DNA from: a virus
DNA length: 64,000 bases
Direction: 5' to 3' (one strand)
Virus record (IMG/VR): IMGVR_UViG_3300017716_002595
Location: 1-64,000 of that record
Positions within the stretch are counted from its first letter, which is position 1. Each line of letters begins with the position of its first letter. Below, in pieces: positions 18,566-28,558 of the stretch. Below the pieces are notes generated by a model, which saw only the letters and a program-made list of their open reading frames with translations, was not told where the DNA came from and ran no database searches. The position numbers were made by a program, and so were the translations under genes.

Positions 18566-20335
18566 ATGCCAAGCTGGAAAAAAGTCATAATTAGCGGCTC
18601 GAATGCTGCTTTAAATTCTCTTACCGTTACAAACGGAATTACAGGTTCTTTATTTGGAACCGCTTCATTTGCTACAACATCATCATTCTTAGGAAGTACA
18701 ACAAATGCTTTTATTCAAAACGGAAATAGTTTTGGAACAACAGCATTATTAGGAACAAATGATAATCAATCACTTGCTTTAGAAACAAGCGGTTCAACTA
18801 GAATGTTTATTTCTAGTAGTGGTAATATTGGTATAAATACAACAGCTTCTACAGTAGCATTACAAATTGGAGACACTACATCAGGTGCGGGTAACTATAT
18901 TAAAGTACTTGGTAATAATTCTGACAGCACATACGATGTATTTGTTGGTGCTCGAAGATATCCCCGTTTTACACTCGAAGATACTACCGTTGGAGGTTCT
19001 GCGTTTCAAATGTGGAGTCTTGGAAATACAATGAGATTTGGAACTAATACAGGTACAGCAGAAACTAGTGCATGGTATACAAAGGCAGGTAATGCAGCTG
19101 ATGTTATATTTAATGGGAATGTAGGTATAGCAAAAACAACACCAAATGCAAAACTAGATGTAAGTGGAAGCGCAATTGTATCAGGATCTTTTACTGTAAT
19201 ACCAGGAACTATTAGAGAATTTCAAGTAAGAACTACAGGTGTTGATATAGGAAATTTAATAACAGATACACATACAGTAACAGGTTCTTTAAATATATCA
19301 GGTAGCATTACAGGTTCTTTATTCGGAACTGCTTCATTTGCTTCAACAGCATCATTTGTAAATACATTAAATCAAAATGTACTTATAACAGGTTCTGCAG
19401 TAATAGGATCAAGTTCTTTAGGATCAAGTGAAAATACTTTAACTTTAGGACCATCTCTAGCAGGAGGAGCAGGAGAAGGAGGTCAATTAGGATTTAATGC
19501 ACAAGGAGGTACTTACACCTCTGCTTCATTTATTGATAATTACCAAAACCAAATTAGAATATTAAAAGGAACGAATGCTGGAAGTAATGCATTAGTAGCA
19601 CAATGGGACCTGCATACAAACCAAATGAAATTACCATCTTATACTAACGCTTCTGCATTTGTTGGAACAGCAACAGCTAATTTAGCAGTAGATTCAGGTG
19701 GAAATATTATAACAGTATCTACATCAGGAACACCAGTTTTTCCATACACAGGAAATGCGGTTATAACAGGTTCTTTAACAGTAACTCAACCAATTTACGT
19801 TCCTATAAATGGAAACATGTATTTCCAAGGAGGAGATGACGCTGCACTTTATGATGTTAACATAGTAAATACTATGGGTATTTACGGTGTACAAGATGTT
19901 ACCGTAGGAGCTATAAAATTAGGAAGTAATGGACCAGTATTATATGGTTCAGGTAGTAGTCTTGGAATAGGTACAATACAACCATTATACCCATTACATG
20001 TATCCGCATCAGCATCTGGAACCTCAATATATGCAACTGGAGATATAGTAGCATTTTCAGATCAATCTGTAAAAGAAAATATACGACCAATTGAAAATGT
20101 ATTAGAAAGAATTGGAGATTCAAGAGGAGTTTTGTATGATCGTATAGATAATGGTGAAAAAGATAATATTGGATTTATAGCACAAGAATTAGAAGTTGCT
20201 TTTCCTGAATTAGTAGTAACTAATCCTGATGGAACTAAAGCAGTTAAATACCAAAATGCTGTAGCTATATTATTTGAAGCTATAAAAGAACAACAAAAAC
20301 AAATTAACGGCATACTAAAGTTATTGAATAAATAA
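18566..20335 (+). CDS. Tail fibre with C-terminal intramolecular chaperone (peptidase S74) domain
   Basis: GDIVAFSDQSVKENI cleavage motif, IGFIAQELEVAFPELV, AIKEQQKQI; GNVGI repeats. Confidence 0.9.
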   Translation: MPSWKKVIISGSNAALNSLTVTNGITGSLFGTASFATTSSFLGSTTNAFIQNGNSFGTTALLGTNDNQSLALETSGSTRMFISSSGNIGINTTASTVALQIGDTTSGAGNYIKVLGNNSDSTYDVFVGARRYPRFTLEDTTVGGSAFQMWSLGNTMRFGTNTGTAETSAWYTKAGNAADVIFNGNVGIAKTTPNAKLDVSGSAIVSGSFTVIPGTIREFQVRTTGVDIGNLITDTHTVTGSLNISGSITGSLFGTASFASTASFVNTLNQNVLITGSAVIGSSSLGSSENTLTLGPSLAGGAGEGGQLGFNAQGGTYTSASFIDNYQNQIRILKGTNAGSNALVAQWDLHTNQMKLPSYTNASAFVGTATANLAVDSGGNIITVSTSGTPVFPYTGNAVITGSLTVTQPIYVPINGNMYFQGGDDAALYDVNIVNTMGIYGVQDVTVGAIKLGSNGPVLYGSGSSLGIGTIQPLYPLHVSASASGTSIYATGDIVAFSDQSVKENIRPIENVLERIGDSRGVLYDRIDNGEKDNIGFIAQELEVAFPELVVTNPDGTKAVKYQNAVAILFEAIKEQQKQINGILKLLNK

Positions 20336-22281
20336 TGACATTACCTCTTAGTGGATCTTTATCGTTTGGAAATGTTAGAACTGAATTAGGTGTAGGTTCT
20401 CAAGTTCCGTTCTCATTGAAAGATGCAGAAACGGGAGTTTATGTTCCTATTAACCAAAACAGCCCACTAAGACCTGATGGATTAGCTCCTTATGCTATGT
20501 CTGAGTGGTATGGATACAATCAAAATGCGTCTCCATCACCAACTCCTTCAATTTCAATCAGTAGAACACCATCGATTACACCATCGATTACAGCTACACC
20601 GTCAATTACACCATCGATTTCGATCAGTGCTACTCCGTCTATTACACCTTCTATTACACCAAGTATTAGTATTAGTAGAACACCAAGTATTACACCATCG
20701 ATCTCGTTTAGTACAACCCCATCGATTACGCCTTCAATAACAGCAACGGCAAGTGTAACGCCAAGTATTTCAATTTCTAGAACGCCTTCTATTACACCTA
20801 GTATAACGCCGTCAATTTCGTTTAGTACTACTCCATCGATTACGCCTTCGATTTCAATTAGTAATACACCAAGTATTACACCAAGTTTAACGCCATCAAT
20901 TTCATTTAGTACTACACCGTCAATTACACCAACGATTTCACTTACACCTTCAATCAGTATAAGTGCAACTCCAAGTATAACACCAACGAATACTGCTACA
21001 CCGTCAATTACGGCAACAGCAAGTGTAACACCTTCGATCTCAATTTCAAGAACGCCAAGTATTACACCAACAAATACAGCTACTCCTAGTATAACACCAT
21101 CGATTTCGTTCAGTACTACACCAAGTATTACTCCATCAATTTCGATAAGTGCTACACCTAGTATAACGCCGTCAATTACACCATCAATTTCGTTTAGTAC
21201 AACACCATCGATTACTCCTACTATTTCAATTAGTAGAACGCCATCGATAACACCTACTATATCAATTACTCCAAGTATTACTCCAAGTATAACGCCGTCA
21301 ATTACTGCTACGCCAAGTATAACGCCGTCAATTACTCCAAGTATTACAGCTACGCCAAGTATAACACCTTCTATTACACCATCGATTACACCAAGTAATA
21401 CAGCTACGCCTAGTATTACGCCATCGATTACACCGACAAATACTGCTACGCCATCTATTTCAATTAGTAGAACGCCAAGTATAACGCCAACAAACAGTGC
21501 TACGCCAAGTATTACACCGTCAATTTCGTTTAGTACTACACCATCAATTACACCAAGTAATACTGCTACACCATCGATTACACCAAGTATTTCGATTTCA
21601 AGAACACCAAGTATTACTCCGTCAATTACACCATCAATTTCGTTTAGTACTACACCATCGATTACACCAACAAATAGTACTACACCTAGTATAACGCCTT
21701 CTATTAGTATAAGTAGAACGCCATCAATTACGCCAACAAATAGTGCTACGCCATCAATCACGCCTAGTATCTCAATTTCTAGAACGCCTAGTATTACACC
21801 AACGTTTACAACAACGCCAAGTGTAACACCAAGTATTTCGATTTCAAGAACTCCATCGATTACACCTTCGATCTCGATCTCAAGAACGCCAAGTACATCG
21901 ATTTCAAGAACGCCATCGATAACACCTACTAGAACACCAAGTATTACACCATCAGTAACAGCGGCTGCATCACCAACGCCGTTCCCTACAAATTCGGTAA
22001 CACCGTCGATTTCTATTAGTAGAACACCATCGATAACACCATCAACATCGGTATCTGGTCTTATACTAGTTGTTCTTGTAAGTGGTACAAGTGAGTTTAG
22101 AGCATGTACAGCCTCTAACTCTACTAACTATTACTCAGATAATTCAAATTTAAACAACATGTCAGTATTATGGACAGATGCTGCTGGAACTACACCAGCT
22201 ATTGCACGTTATTATTCAGATACAGTTATTGTAAGATATTGGGACGGAACTGATTTTATTGGCTTCCCAACATTTTGTTAA
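20335..22281 (+). CDS. Mucin-like Thr/Pro/Ser/Ile-repeat virion-associated protein
   Basis: About 500 aa of TPSI/TPSISISR repeats between an MTLPLSGSLSF N-domain and a small Cys-containing C-domain. Confidence 0.75.
   Translation: MTLPLSGSLSFGNVRTELGVGSQVPFSLKDAETGVYVPINQNSPLRPDGLAPYAMSEWYGYNQNASPSPTPSISISRTPSITPSITATPSITPSISISATPSITPSITPSISISRTPSITPSISFSTTPSITPSITATASVTPSISISRTPSITPSITPSISFSTTPSITPSISISNTPSITPSLTPSISFSTTPSITPTISLTPSISISATPSITPTNTATPSITATASVTPSISISRTPSITPTNTATPSITPSISFSTTPSITPSISISATPSITPSITPSISFSTTPSITPTISISRTPSITPTISITPSITPSITPSITATPSITPSITPSITATPSITPSITPSITPSNTATPSITPSITPTNTATPSISISRTPSITPTNSATPSITPSISFSTTPSITPSNTATPSITPSISISRTPSITPSITPSISFSTTPSITPTNSTTPSITPSISISRTPSITPTNSATPSITPSISISRTPSITPTFTTTPSVTPSISISRTPSITPSISISRTPSTSISRTPSITPTRTPSITPSVTAAASPTPFPTNSVTPSISISRTPSITPSTSVSGLILVVLVSGTSEFRACTASNSTNYYSDNSNLNNMSVLWTDAAGTTPAIARYYSDTVIVRYWDGTDFIGFPTFC
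20530..22050 (+). repeat. Degenerate coding tandem repeat (TPSI units)
   Basis: ACNCCNWSNATH-type units repeated across about 1.5 kb with synonymous variation. Confidence 0.9.
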
Positions 22282-22309
22282 TAATTAATAATATTTAAAA
22301 AACAAACAT

Positions 22310-22777
22310 ATGTCAAGAGAATTAATAGATGGAGCTTTAACAATAGCAGCTTCAATAAAAGAAAAAAAAAGTATACTTGTTAAACAAAATTTAGAATTGT
22401 TTGAACAAATAAGACAATTAGATGAAATGTTAAAAGATGAAATAGAAAAAATATATAATTCACCTGATTTAACACGATACGATGTTGTTACAATTAATCA
22501 ATCTTTAAAATTAGAAAATATTTTAAATTCTAGTATAAAAGTAGGACTTAGTACAAAATCACCAGAAGAGGCTTGTAATAATTATTTTAATGGCAATATC
22601 AGCATATTCTTTATAGATACTGATGAATTATCATCAGCTTCAACTATTGCTTTTAGAGAAGATATGAAAGATACACTAGAATACGCATGTTATATATCAG
22701 ATGGGATTAATGTTGTATATTGGAACGGAACAAATTTTGATAGTAAATCTTTACAATCATGTTCAATAGAAAAATAA
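22310..22777 (+). CDS. Hypothetical protein; C-terminus paralogous to the C-domain of 20335..22281
   Basis: EAC..YISDGINVVYWNGTNF..C versus RAC..YYSDTVIVRYWDGTDF..C. Confidence 0.6.
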   Translation: MSRELIDGALTIAASIKEKKSILVKQNLELFEQIRQLDEMLKDEIEKIYNSPDLTRYDVVTINQSLKLENILNSSIKVGLSTKSPEEACNNYFNGNISIFFIDTDELSSASTIAFREDMKDTLEYACYISDGINVVYWNGTNFDSKSLQSCSIEK

Positions 22778-22888
22778 ACTACATATAGATATTTTTATAT
22801 TTAATCATATACATGTAGGTAGAAACATTAAAATTAATCTTCAAGTGTTATATATATTGTAATATTTATACCCAACAATATATAAAAC

Positions 22889-24061
22889 ATGGCAGACATC
22901 CCAGTATATAATGGTTCATCTCAGTTCTTTCCAGGAGATACAGCCTTTGGTTTCTATGATTATCAATATGATTTTCAAGTAGATGCTGATAAGATTGTAA
23001 CTTTTGTTACTCAACGTTTAGGATGGCCTATAGAAGTAGTTGAATTGCAACCAATTCAAATATATACTGCTTTTGAAGAAGCAGTTACTGTGTATGGTAA
23101 TGAAGTTTATCAGTTTCAAATTAGAGAAAACATGCTTTCTCTTGAAGGAAACCAAACAGGTTCAGTTCCTTACAATCAATTATTATTAACTCCTTCATTA
23201 GGAGGTGCTATTCGTATAGCAGAAAACTATGCTGAAGAAGCAGGAGTAGGAGGAAATGTAACTTGGTATAGTGGTTCTATCAGATTAGAAGGAGGTGTCC
23301 AAGAATATGACTTAAATAAATGGGCACGTGAATCAGCATCGCTGTCTCCTGGCGATTACATTGAAGTTAAACGCGTATTCTTTGAAGCGCCACCAGCATC
23401 GTTAAGATACTTTGATCCGTACGTAGGTATCGGTTATAGCTACGAAGGATTACTAAACAGTTTTGGTTTTGGAGCATATTCTCCAGCCATTACATTCTTA
23501 TTAATGCCGTTGTTTTTTGATTTACAACGTATTCAAGCTATTAAATTAAACGATCAAATTAGAAGAGCACAATTTTCATTTGAAATTCACAATAATCAAT
23601 TAAAAATATTTCCAGTACCTTTAGAAAAATATGCACTTTGGTTCCAATATATTAAAGGATCTGAAAGAGATAGTGCTATAGGTGGAAGAAACTCTGAAGG
23701 TGTTCCACAAACTAATTTAATTACCAATACATCTAATGTACCTTATACAAACCCTAACTACAATTATATAAATTCTGTAGGAAGAATGTGGGTTTATCAA
23801 TATACTTTAGCACTTTGTAGAGAAGTTTTAGGATATGTTCGAGGAAAATATTCAACTGTACCTATTCCAGGTTCAGAAGTAACATTAAACCAGAATGATT
23901 TATTAACTGACGCTAGAAGTCAAAAAGAATCATTATTAGCTCAATTAAGAGAAACATTAGATCAAACTGGAAGACAAAAACAGTTAGAAAAACTAGCAGC
24001 TAACTCAGAGAATTTATTAAAAGTTTTAAACGACGTTCCTATGGGACTATATATATTTTAA
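22889..24061 (+). CDS. Neck/head-completion protein (T4 gp13-like)
   Basis: RLGWPIEVVEL, WVYQYTLALCREVLGYVRGKYSTVPIPGSEVTLN; position. Confidence 0.75.
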   Translation: MADIPVYNGSSQFFPGDTAFGFYDYQYDFQVDADKIVTFVTQRLGWPIEVVELQPIQIYTAFEEAVTVYGNEVYQFQIRENMLSLEGNQTGSVPYNQLLLTPSLGGAIRIAENYAEEAGVGGNVTWYSGSIRLEGGVQEYDLNKWARESASLSPGDYIEVKRVFFEAPPASLRYFDPYVGIGYSYEGLLNSFGFGAYSPAITFLLMPLFFDLQRIQAIKLNDQIRRAQFSFEIHNNQLKIFPVPLEKYALWFQYIKGSERDSAIGGRNSEGVPQTNLITNTSNVPYTNPNYNYINSVGRMWVYQYTLALCREVLGYVRGKYSTVPIPGSEVTLNQNDLLTDARSQKESLLAQLRETLDQTGRQKQLEKLAANSENLLKVLNDVPMGLYIF

Positions 24062-24062
24062 C

Positions 24063-24395
24063 ATGGTATCTTTAGAAAAATTATTAAGTGAAGCAACATT
24101 TGAAACATTCTTCGTTCAAGTAATTATTAAAATGAAGAATGATTTTAACTTTACTGAAATATATAATCAAGTTAGAGGTATAAGAGATGTAATTGTTGTT
24201 AAAGTAATTGACAATGAGCAATTAAATGCTGCTTCTAATGATTTGTATAATTATTCTTTATTAGAAATAAAATATATTTCTGAGGGAAATGCAGTTGATA
24301 CTGTAAAAGGTATTAAAACGGAAGCTCTTAAAATACCAGGACTGGTAAAATTTGAGGTTAGAACAAGAACAATATTAAAAATCAGAAATTACTAA
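24063..24395 (+). CDS. Hypothetical protein
   Basis: Coupled ORF with ferredoxin-like beta/alpha pattern. Confidence 0.6.
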   Translation: MVSLEKLLSEATFETFFVQVIIKMKNDFNFTEIYNQVRGIRDVIVVKVIDNEQLNAASNDLYNYSLLEIKYISEGNAVDTVKGIKTEALKIPGLVKFEVRTRTILKIRNY

Positions 24396-27300
24396 TGGCT
24401 TGTATATACTATAATGTTACAATTAATCAACAAGATTTAAATAACTCAATAAATAACTCAGACTCAGAATTAGATGGAAAGGTATTTATTAGTTACATAG
24501 ATTGTAATGGGGATCCTGAAAGTATTGCTTATTCTTCGGCAAGAACATATCCTAATGCTTTTTGTGCTGATAATTCTGAACTTACTATTGCTATGTTTTG
24601 GCAAGATGATCTAGGAACAATAACACTTAGCAGTTATGCTCTTGAAGGTGGAAGCTGTGTAGCTCCTACACCAACACCAACGGTAACTCCTTCAATATCT
24701 ATTTCTCCTACTCCATCTACAACACCTTTATATACATGTAATTGTATTAATTTTACTAATACAACATCCTCACTAACATATGTTTCTTATACTCGCTGTG
24801 ATAACACAGCCTCAGAGCTTGTTGCTCTACAACCTAATGAATCTTTAACAATATGTGGTAGTAATCCTGGAGTAGTTGAAGGGCCTGTAACTATTACTGT
24901 TATAGGAAATTGTGTTGGTAGAGGTTGTATTCCTTTTACACCAACACCAACACCATCATTAAGTATAACTCCTACTATTAGCGTAACACCAAGCATTACT
25001 CCAAGTAATACACCAAGTATATCAGTTACACCTAGTATAACAAAAAGTATAAGTGTAACACCAAGTATTACTCCAAGTAACACAGTAGCACCTAGTATGA
25101 CACCTACACCAACAATTAGTGTGTCTAAAACTCCGTCTCTTACACCACCACCAAGTGTTAGTAAGACACCTAGTATAAGTGTTACTCCTAGTATTACTCC
25201 ATCAAACGGAACTAGTCCTACTCCAACTCCATCATTATCAACTACAGGTTCTATACCAACTGTAGCTGGTTTATGTATGAATATTGAATTTGGAGCAGCA
25301 CCATCTGTAACACCTAGTATATCAGTTAGTAGAACGCCAAGTGCAACACCAACTGTTACACCATCTGTTACACCATCTGTAACTCCTAGCAGTACTAATC
25401 CACCTCCTACACCAAGTAGAACACCTAGTAAAACACCTAGTAGAACACCTAGTATTACTGTTAGTACGACCCCAAGTAAAACACCTACACCTACACCTTC
25501 TACATCTAATGGAACTGTAGAAGTACCTGTATGTTCTGTAATATATAATACTAATTCTGGACAAACATATACTTATAATAGTACAACTAATATTTCTACA
25601 TTATTACCTATACCAATTACACTTTCTGCTGATGTAGCTCATACTGTTAATAAGTTATGGCTTTATAATGCTTCTACTCCCCCTTATAATACTACAAGTC
25701 TTTATGAATATAACATTACATTAAACCTATTTACATCAACATATAATAGAACTATAAATTTACCTGTTGGGGTTAGACTAGGAACTGGTTTAGGTGCTAT
25801 TAATGATACAACTTTAATATCATCTAGATACTCACAACCAGACCAAAGAGACTTAATTGTTCAAGTTATATTAAACTCCTCACCAAATAATACAGCTATT
25901 ATAGAGGATTTATTTTTGCTTCCCACAGGAAGATTTATATCCGGGGATATAATATATACAACAAATAATAAAATTATTTTAACTTCCTTTAATAATTCTT
26001 CGGGTCCTTATTATTTTTATATTTCTCAATATACTTTAGTAAATGGAGTTTGGACATTAGAATTTGACCTAGATATCACAGATACAGCTCCATCTCCTTT
26101 TGGTTTATCTACAATAAATGGTGGTATTTATATTTTTAGTAATAATAATCTTAAACAAATAAATACTACTTTTCCTTATACTATTACTCAAGTAAATAAT
26201 ATAGGTAACTCCGTTTCGGGAGCATCACAAGTACCTAGTTGTAATAATGTTTCATTTACTCCAAATATAGTACCTGCTGGTTGTAATACCATATTGTATA
26301 AAACACAAGGAAATCAATATTATTCATATAATTTTTCAACTAATACCTCTACATTATTAAATGTACCAGCTGCACCATATGATAGTGTTGCAACTTCGTT
26401 AGGTGTTTCTGTATCATCACTAACACATACTTCTAATAAATTATGGTCTTATACATATAATCCTAATGGTTCTAATTTAAATCCATTTAGTATAATAGAA
26501 TATAATACAACAAGTAACCCATTTACAGCAACTATTAATAGATATATTGCTCTACCTAAAATACCTACATTCCCTAATGGTGGGGATTTCAAACCAGATT
26601 TAGGTCTATTAGCTATTAGTAATACAAAATTAATAGGGGTTGTAGCAGATATAGGAAATGTTACATTAGGCTCTGTATATTCACCAGGAAATCCACCTGA
26701 TTTTCAAGCAGCAAATGGTAGAAATGTTGTAGAATATGATATTACATCAAATGTAGCTACATGGGAATTAAAATTCAAACTATTTCCTTATGAACAATCT
26801 ATGGGGGGTATGTTATTAACATCTGATAATAAATTAATAATACTTACAATATCTTACCCTTCTGAAATACGTTATATATCACAATACAACTATAATACGG
26901 GTGTATTAGAATATAGAGCTCCATTAACTCCAACTATAACAACAAATTGTGGTTTAGCTCAAATAAGTGGTGAAATATATTTGATGGGTTATAATGTTTA
27001 TAAATTTAACCCTACAACATTTGCTTTAACATTAGTTCAATCACCACAGACTCAATTAGTAGCAGCTTCACAACTAGCAAGTTGTATAACAACAAACTTA
27101 CCTATATCAAGTTGTCCTGAGTGTGTAGGATTACCATTAAAAATATCAACACCTGTAACATATGGTGGTGTAACAATATCACCAACATATACAGGGGTAG
27201 TAGGAGATCCAACATTTGCTGTTAGTCCTGGAGCTAGAGATAATATATATCCTGGTAGTTTCTTTGGGTGTTATGGTTCTAATGCTGTTGCTCACCCTTC

Positions 27301-28558
27301 CTACTCATTATGGGTTGGAAATACAATCCCAGCAACTCCATATACTTATAGTTTAAATTTTTCGGAACCTGTAAATAATATAAAAATATTATATAATGGA
27401 ACTAATGGAGATCCAGTACAATCATTATACGAAAGCTTTATATGGGATACAAATGGAGGAACTCCTAGTATATCATTATGTAAAGGATGTGGACAAAGTA
27501 TCACAGGAAATATAATATCAGGCTCTTATGGTCCAGAACTATACCCAGGAGTACCACAAAGTACTAATTTTCCTCAATATACAGCAGGAGGAGGAATAAT
27601 AACAATATCGGCTCCATTAAATTATACAACATTAACTTTAAGATCACCTGGAGGTAATCAAGGTACTGTATTTAGTATATGTTCTGGAAGTATAATACCA
27701 CAACCATCTAATGCTTTAGGATGTGTTTATTATAGTAGTATAGAAAATACTTATTTGTATAATGTTATTAATAATACTTCAACACCAGTGACACTTCCTA
27801 CAGACACATTTACTAATTTTGCTGAAACTCATACTTCAACTAGATATTGGAAAGGTAATCAAACTAATACTATTAAAGAATGGATACCTACTAATACACC
27901 TAATGTATTAGCATTAAGTAGAACAATCAATGTATCTGGTATATCATCTACTAATGGAAATTATTTTACTTATTTACAAGCTATTAATGACAATACTTTA
28001 TTAACAACAATTGCACCAACAGTTGATACTTGTGTTTTAGTATTAATGGATATAACTGATATAAATGTCACAGCTGGTGATTTAACAACGTTATTTACAT
28101 TTACAGATACTAATATAATTTCTATGTTATTAACATCTAATAATAAAATAATAACAATAGGAGGAAATGGTAATAGTGTTTATTTAACTCAATATTCTTA
28201 CCCAACAGGAACTCAAGAAGTTAGAATTGACATATCATCAGTAGGATTTACACAAGGTGTTACTCAATCCTGGTTATTTGAATCAAACGGTAATTTATAT
28301 TTTGGTAAAAATAATCCGTTTCCTACATCAATTATATATCAAATTAATTTAAACAGCCCTTATAACATAACACCAATATATGATAACTCAGGGGCATTTT
28401 ATAGATCATATAATTCATCAATCAATTGTAACACAGTAGCATTAAATCCACCACCACCAGCGCCATCACAATCACCAACACCAACACCTAGTTTAACACC
28501 ACCAGTGTCACCTAATGTAGGAGTTAATACAATTTACAAATATTTAGATATTCTATGA
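24395..28558 (+). CDS. Large Cys-rich multidomain protein with P/T/S linkers and three repeated beta-propeller-like domains
   Basis: YxDC modules, TPS linkers (about 24940-25500), repeats starting about 25532, 26282 and 27722 (CxxxY..YxYN..TN.ST..HTxxKxW..SxxxxC). Confidence 0.7.
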   Translation: MACIYYNVTINQQDLNNSINNSDSELDGKVFISYIDCNGDPESIAYSSARTYPNAFCADNSELTIAMFWQDDLGTITLSSYALEGGSCVAPTPTPTVTPSISISPTPSTTPLYTCNCINFTNTTSSLTYVSYTRCDNTASELVALQPNESLTICGSNPGVVEGPVTITVIGNCVGRGCIPFTPTPTPSLSITPTISVTPSITPSNTPSISVTPSITKSISVTPSITPSNTVAPSMTPTPTISVSKTPSLTPPPSVSKTPSISVTPSITPSNGTSPTPTPSLSTTGSIPTVAGLCMNIEFGAAPSVTPSISVSRTPSATPTVTPSVTPSVTPSSTNPPPTPSRTPSKTPSRTPSITVSTTPSKTPTPTPSTSNGTVEVPVCSVIYNTNSGQTYTYNSTTNISTLLPIPITLSADVAHTVNKLWLYNASTPPYNTTSLYEYNITLNLFTSTYNRTINLPVGVRLGTGLGAINDTTLISSRYSQPDQRDLIVQVILNSSPNNTAIIEDLFLLPTGRFISGDIIYTTNNKIILTSFNNSSGPYYFYISQYTLVNGVWTLEFDLDITDTAPSPFGLSTINGGIYIFSNNNLKQINTTFPYTITQVNNIGNSVSGASQVPSCNNVSFTPNIVPAGCNTILYKTQGNQYYSYNFSTNTSTLLNVPAAPYDSVATSLGVSVSSLTHTSNKLWSYTYNPNGSNLNPFSIIEYNTTSNPFTATINRYIALPKIPTFPNGGDFKPDLGLLAISNTKLIGVVADIGNVTLGSVYSPGNPPDFQAANGRNVVEYDITSNVATWELKFKLFPYEQSMGGMLLTSDNKLIILTISYPSEIRYISQYNYNTGVLEYRAPLTPTITTNCGLAQISGEIYLMGYNVYKFNPTTFALTLVQSPQTQLVAASQLASCITTNLPISSCPECVGLPLKISTPVTYGGVTISPTYTGVVGDPTFAVSPGARDNIYPGSFFGCYGSNAVAHPSYSLWVGNTIPATPYTYSLNFSEPVNNIKILYNGTNGDPVQSLYESFIWDTNGGTPSISLCKGCGQSITGNIISGSYGPELYPGVPQSTNFPQYTAGGGIITISAPLNYTTLTLRSPGGNQGTVFSICSGSIIPQPSNALGCVYYSSIENTYLYNVINNTSTPVTLPTDTFTNFAETHTSTRYWKGNQTNTIKEWIPTNTPNVLALSRTINVSGISSTNGNYFTYLQAINDNTLLTTIAPTVDTCVLVLMDITDINVTAGDLTTLFTFTDTNIISMLLTSNNKIITIGGNGNSVYLTQYSYPTGTQEVRIDISSVGFTQGVTQSWLFESNGNLYFGKNNPFPTSIIYQINLNSPYNITPIYDNSGAFYRSYNSSINCNTVALNPPPPAPSQSPTPTPSLTPPVSPNVGVNTIYKYLDIL

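Noticed and set aside
20520-21761. 413 aa minus-strand ORF (GVI/DGV repeats), plus 24787..25083 and 25322..25564
   Set aside because: Antisense shadows of the TPS repeats, which lack stop codons on that strand; no promoter or start context
20530-22050. Possible CRISPR array or DGR template/variable repeat
   Set aside because: The repeats are codon-phased with synonymous variation, have no unique spacers and no adenine-specific mismatch pair, and there is no reverse transcriptase or cas gene in the window
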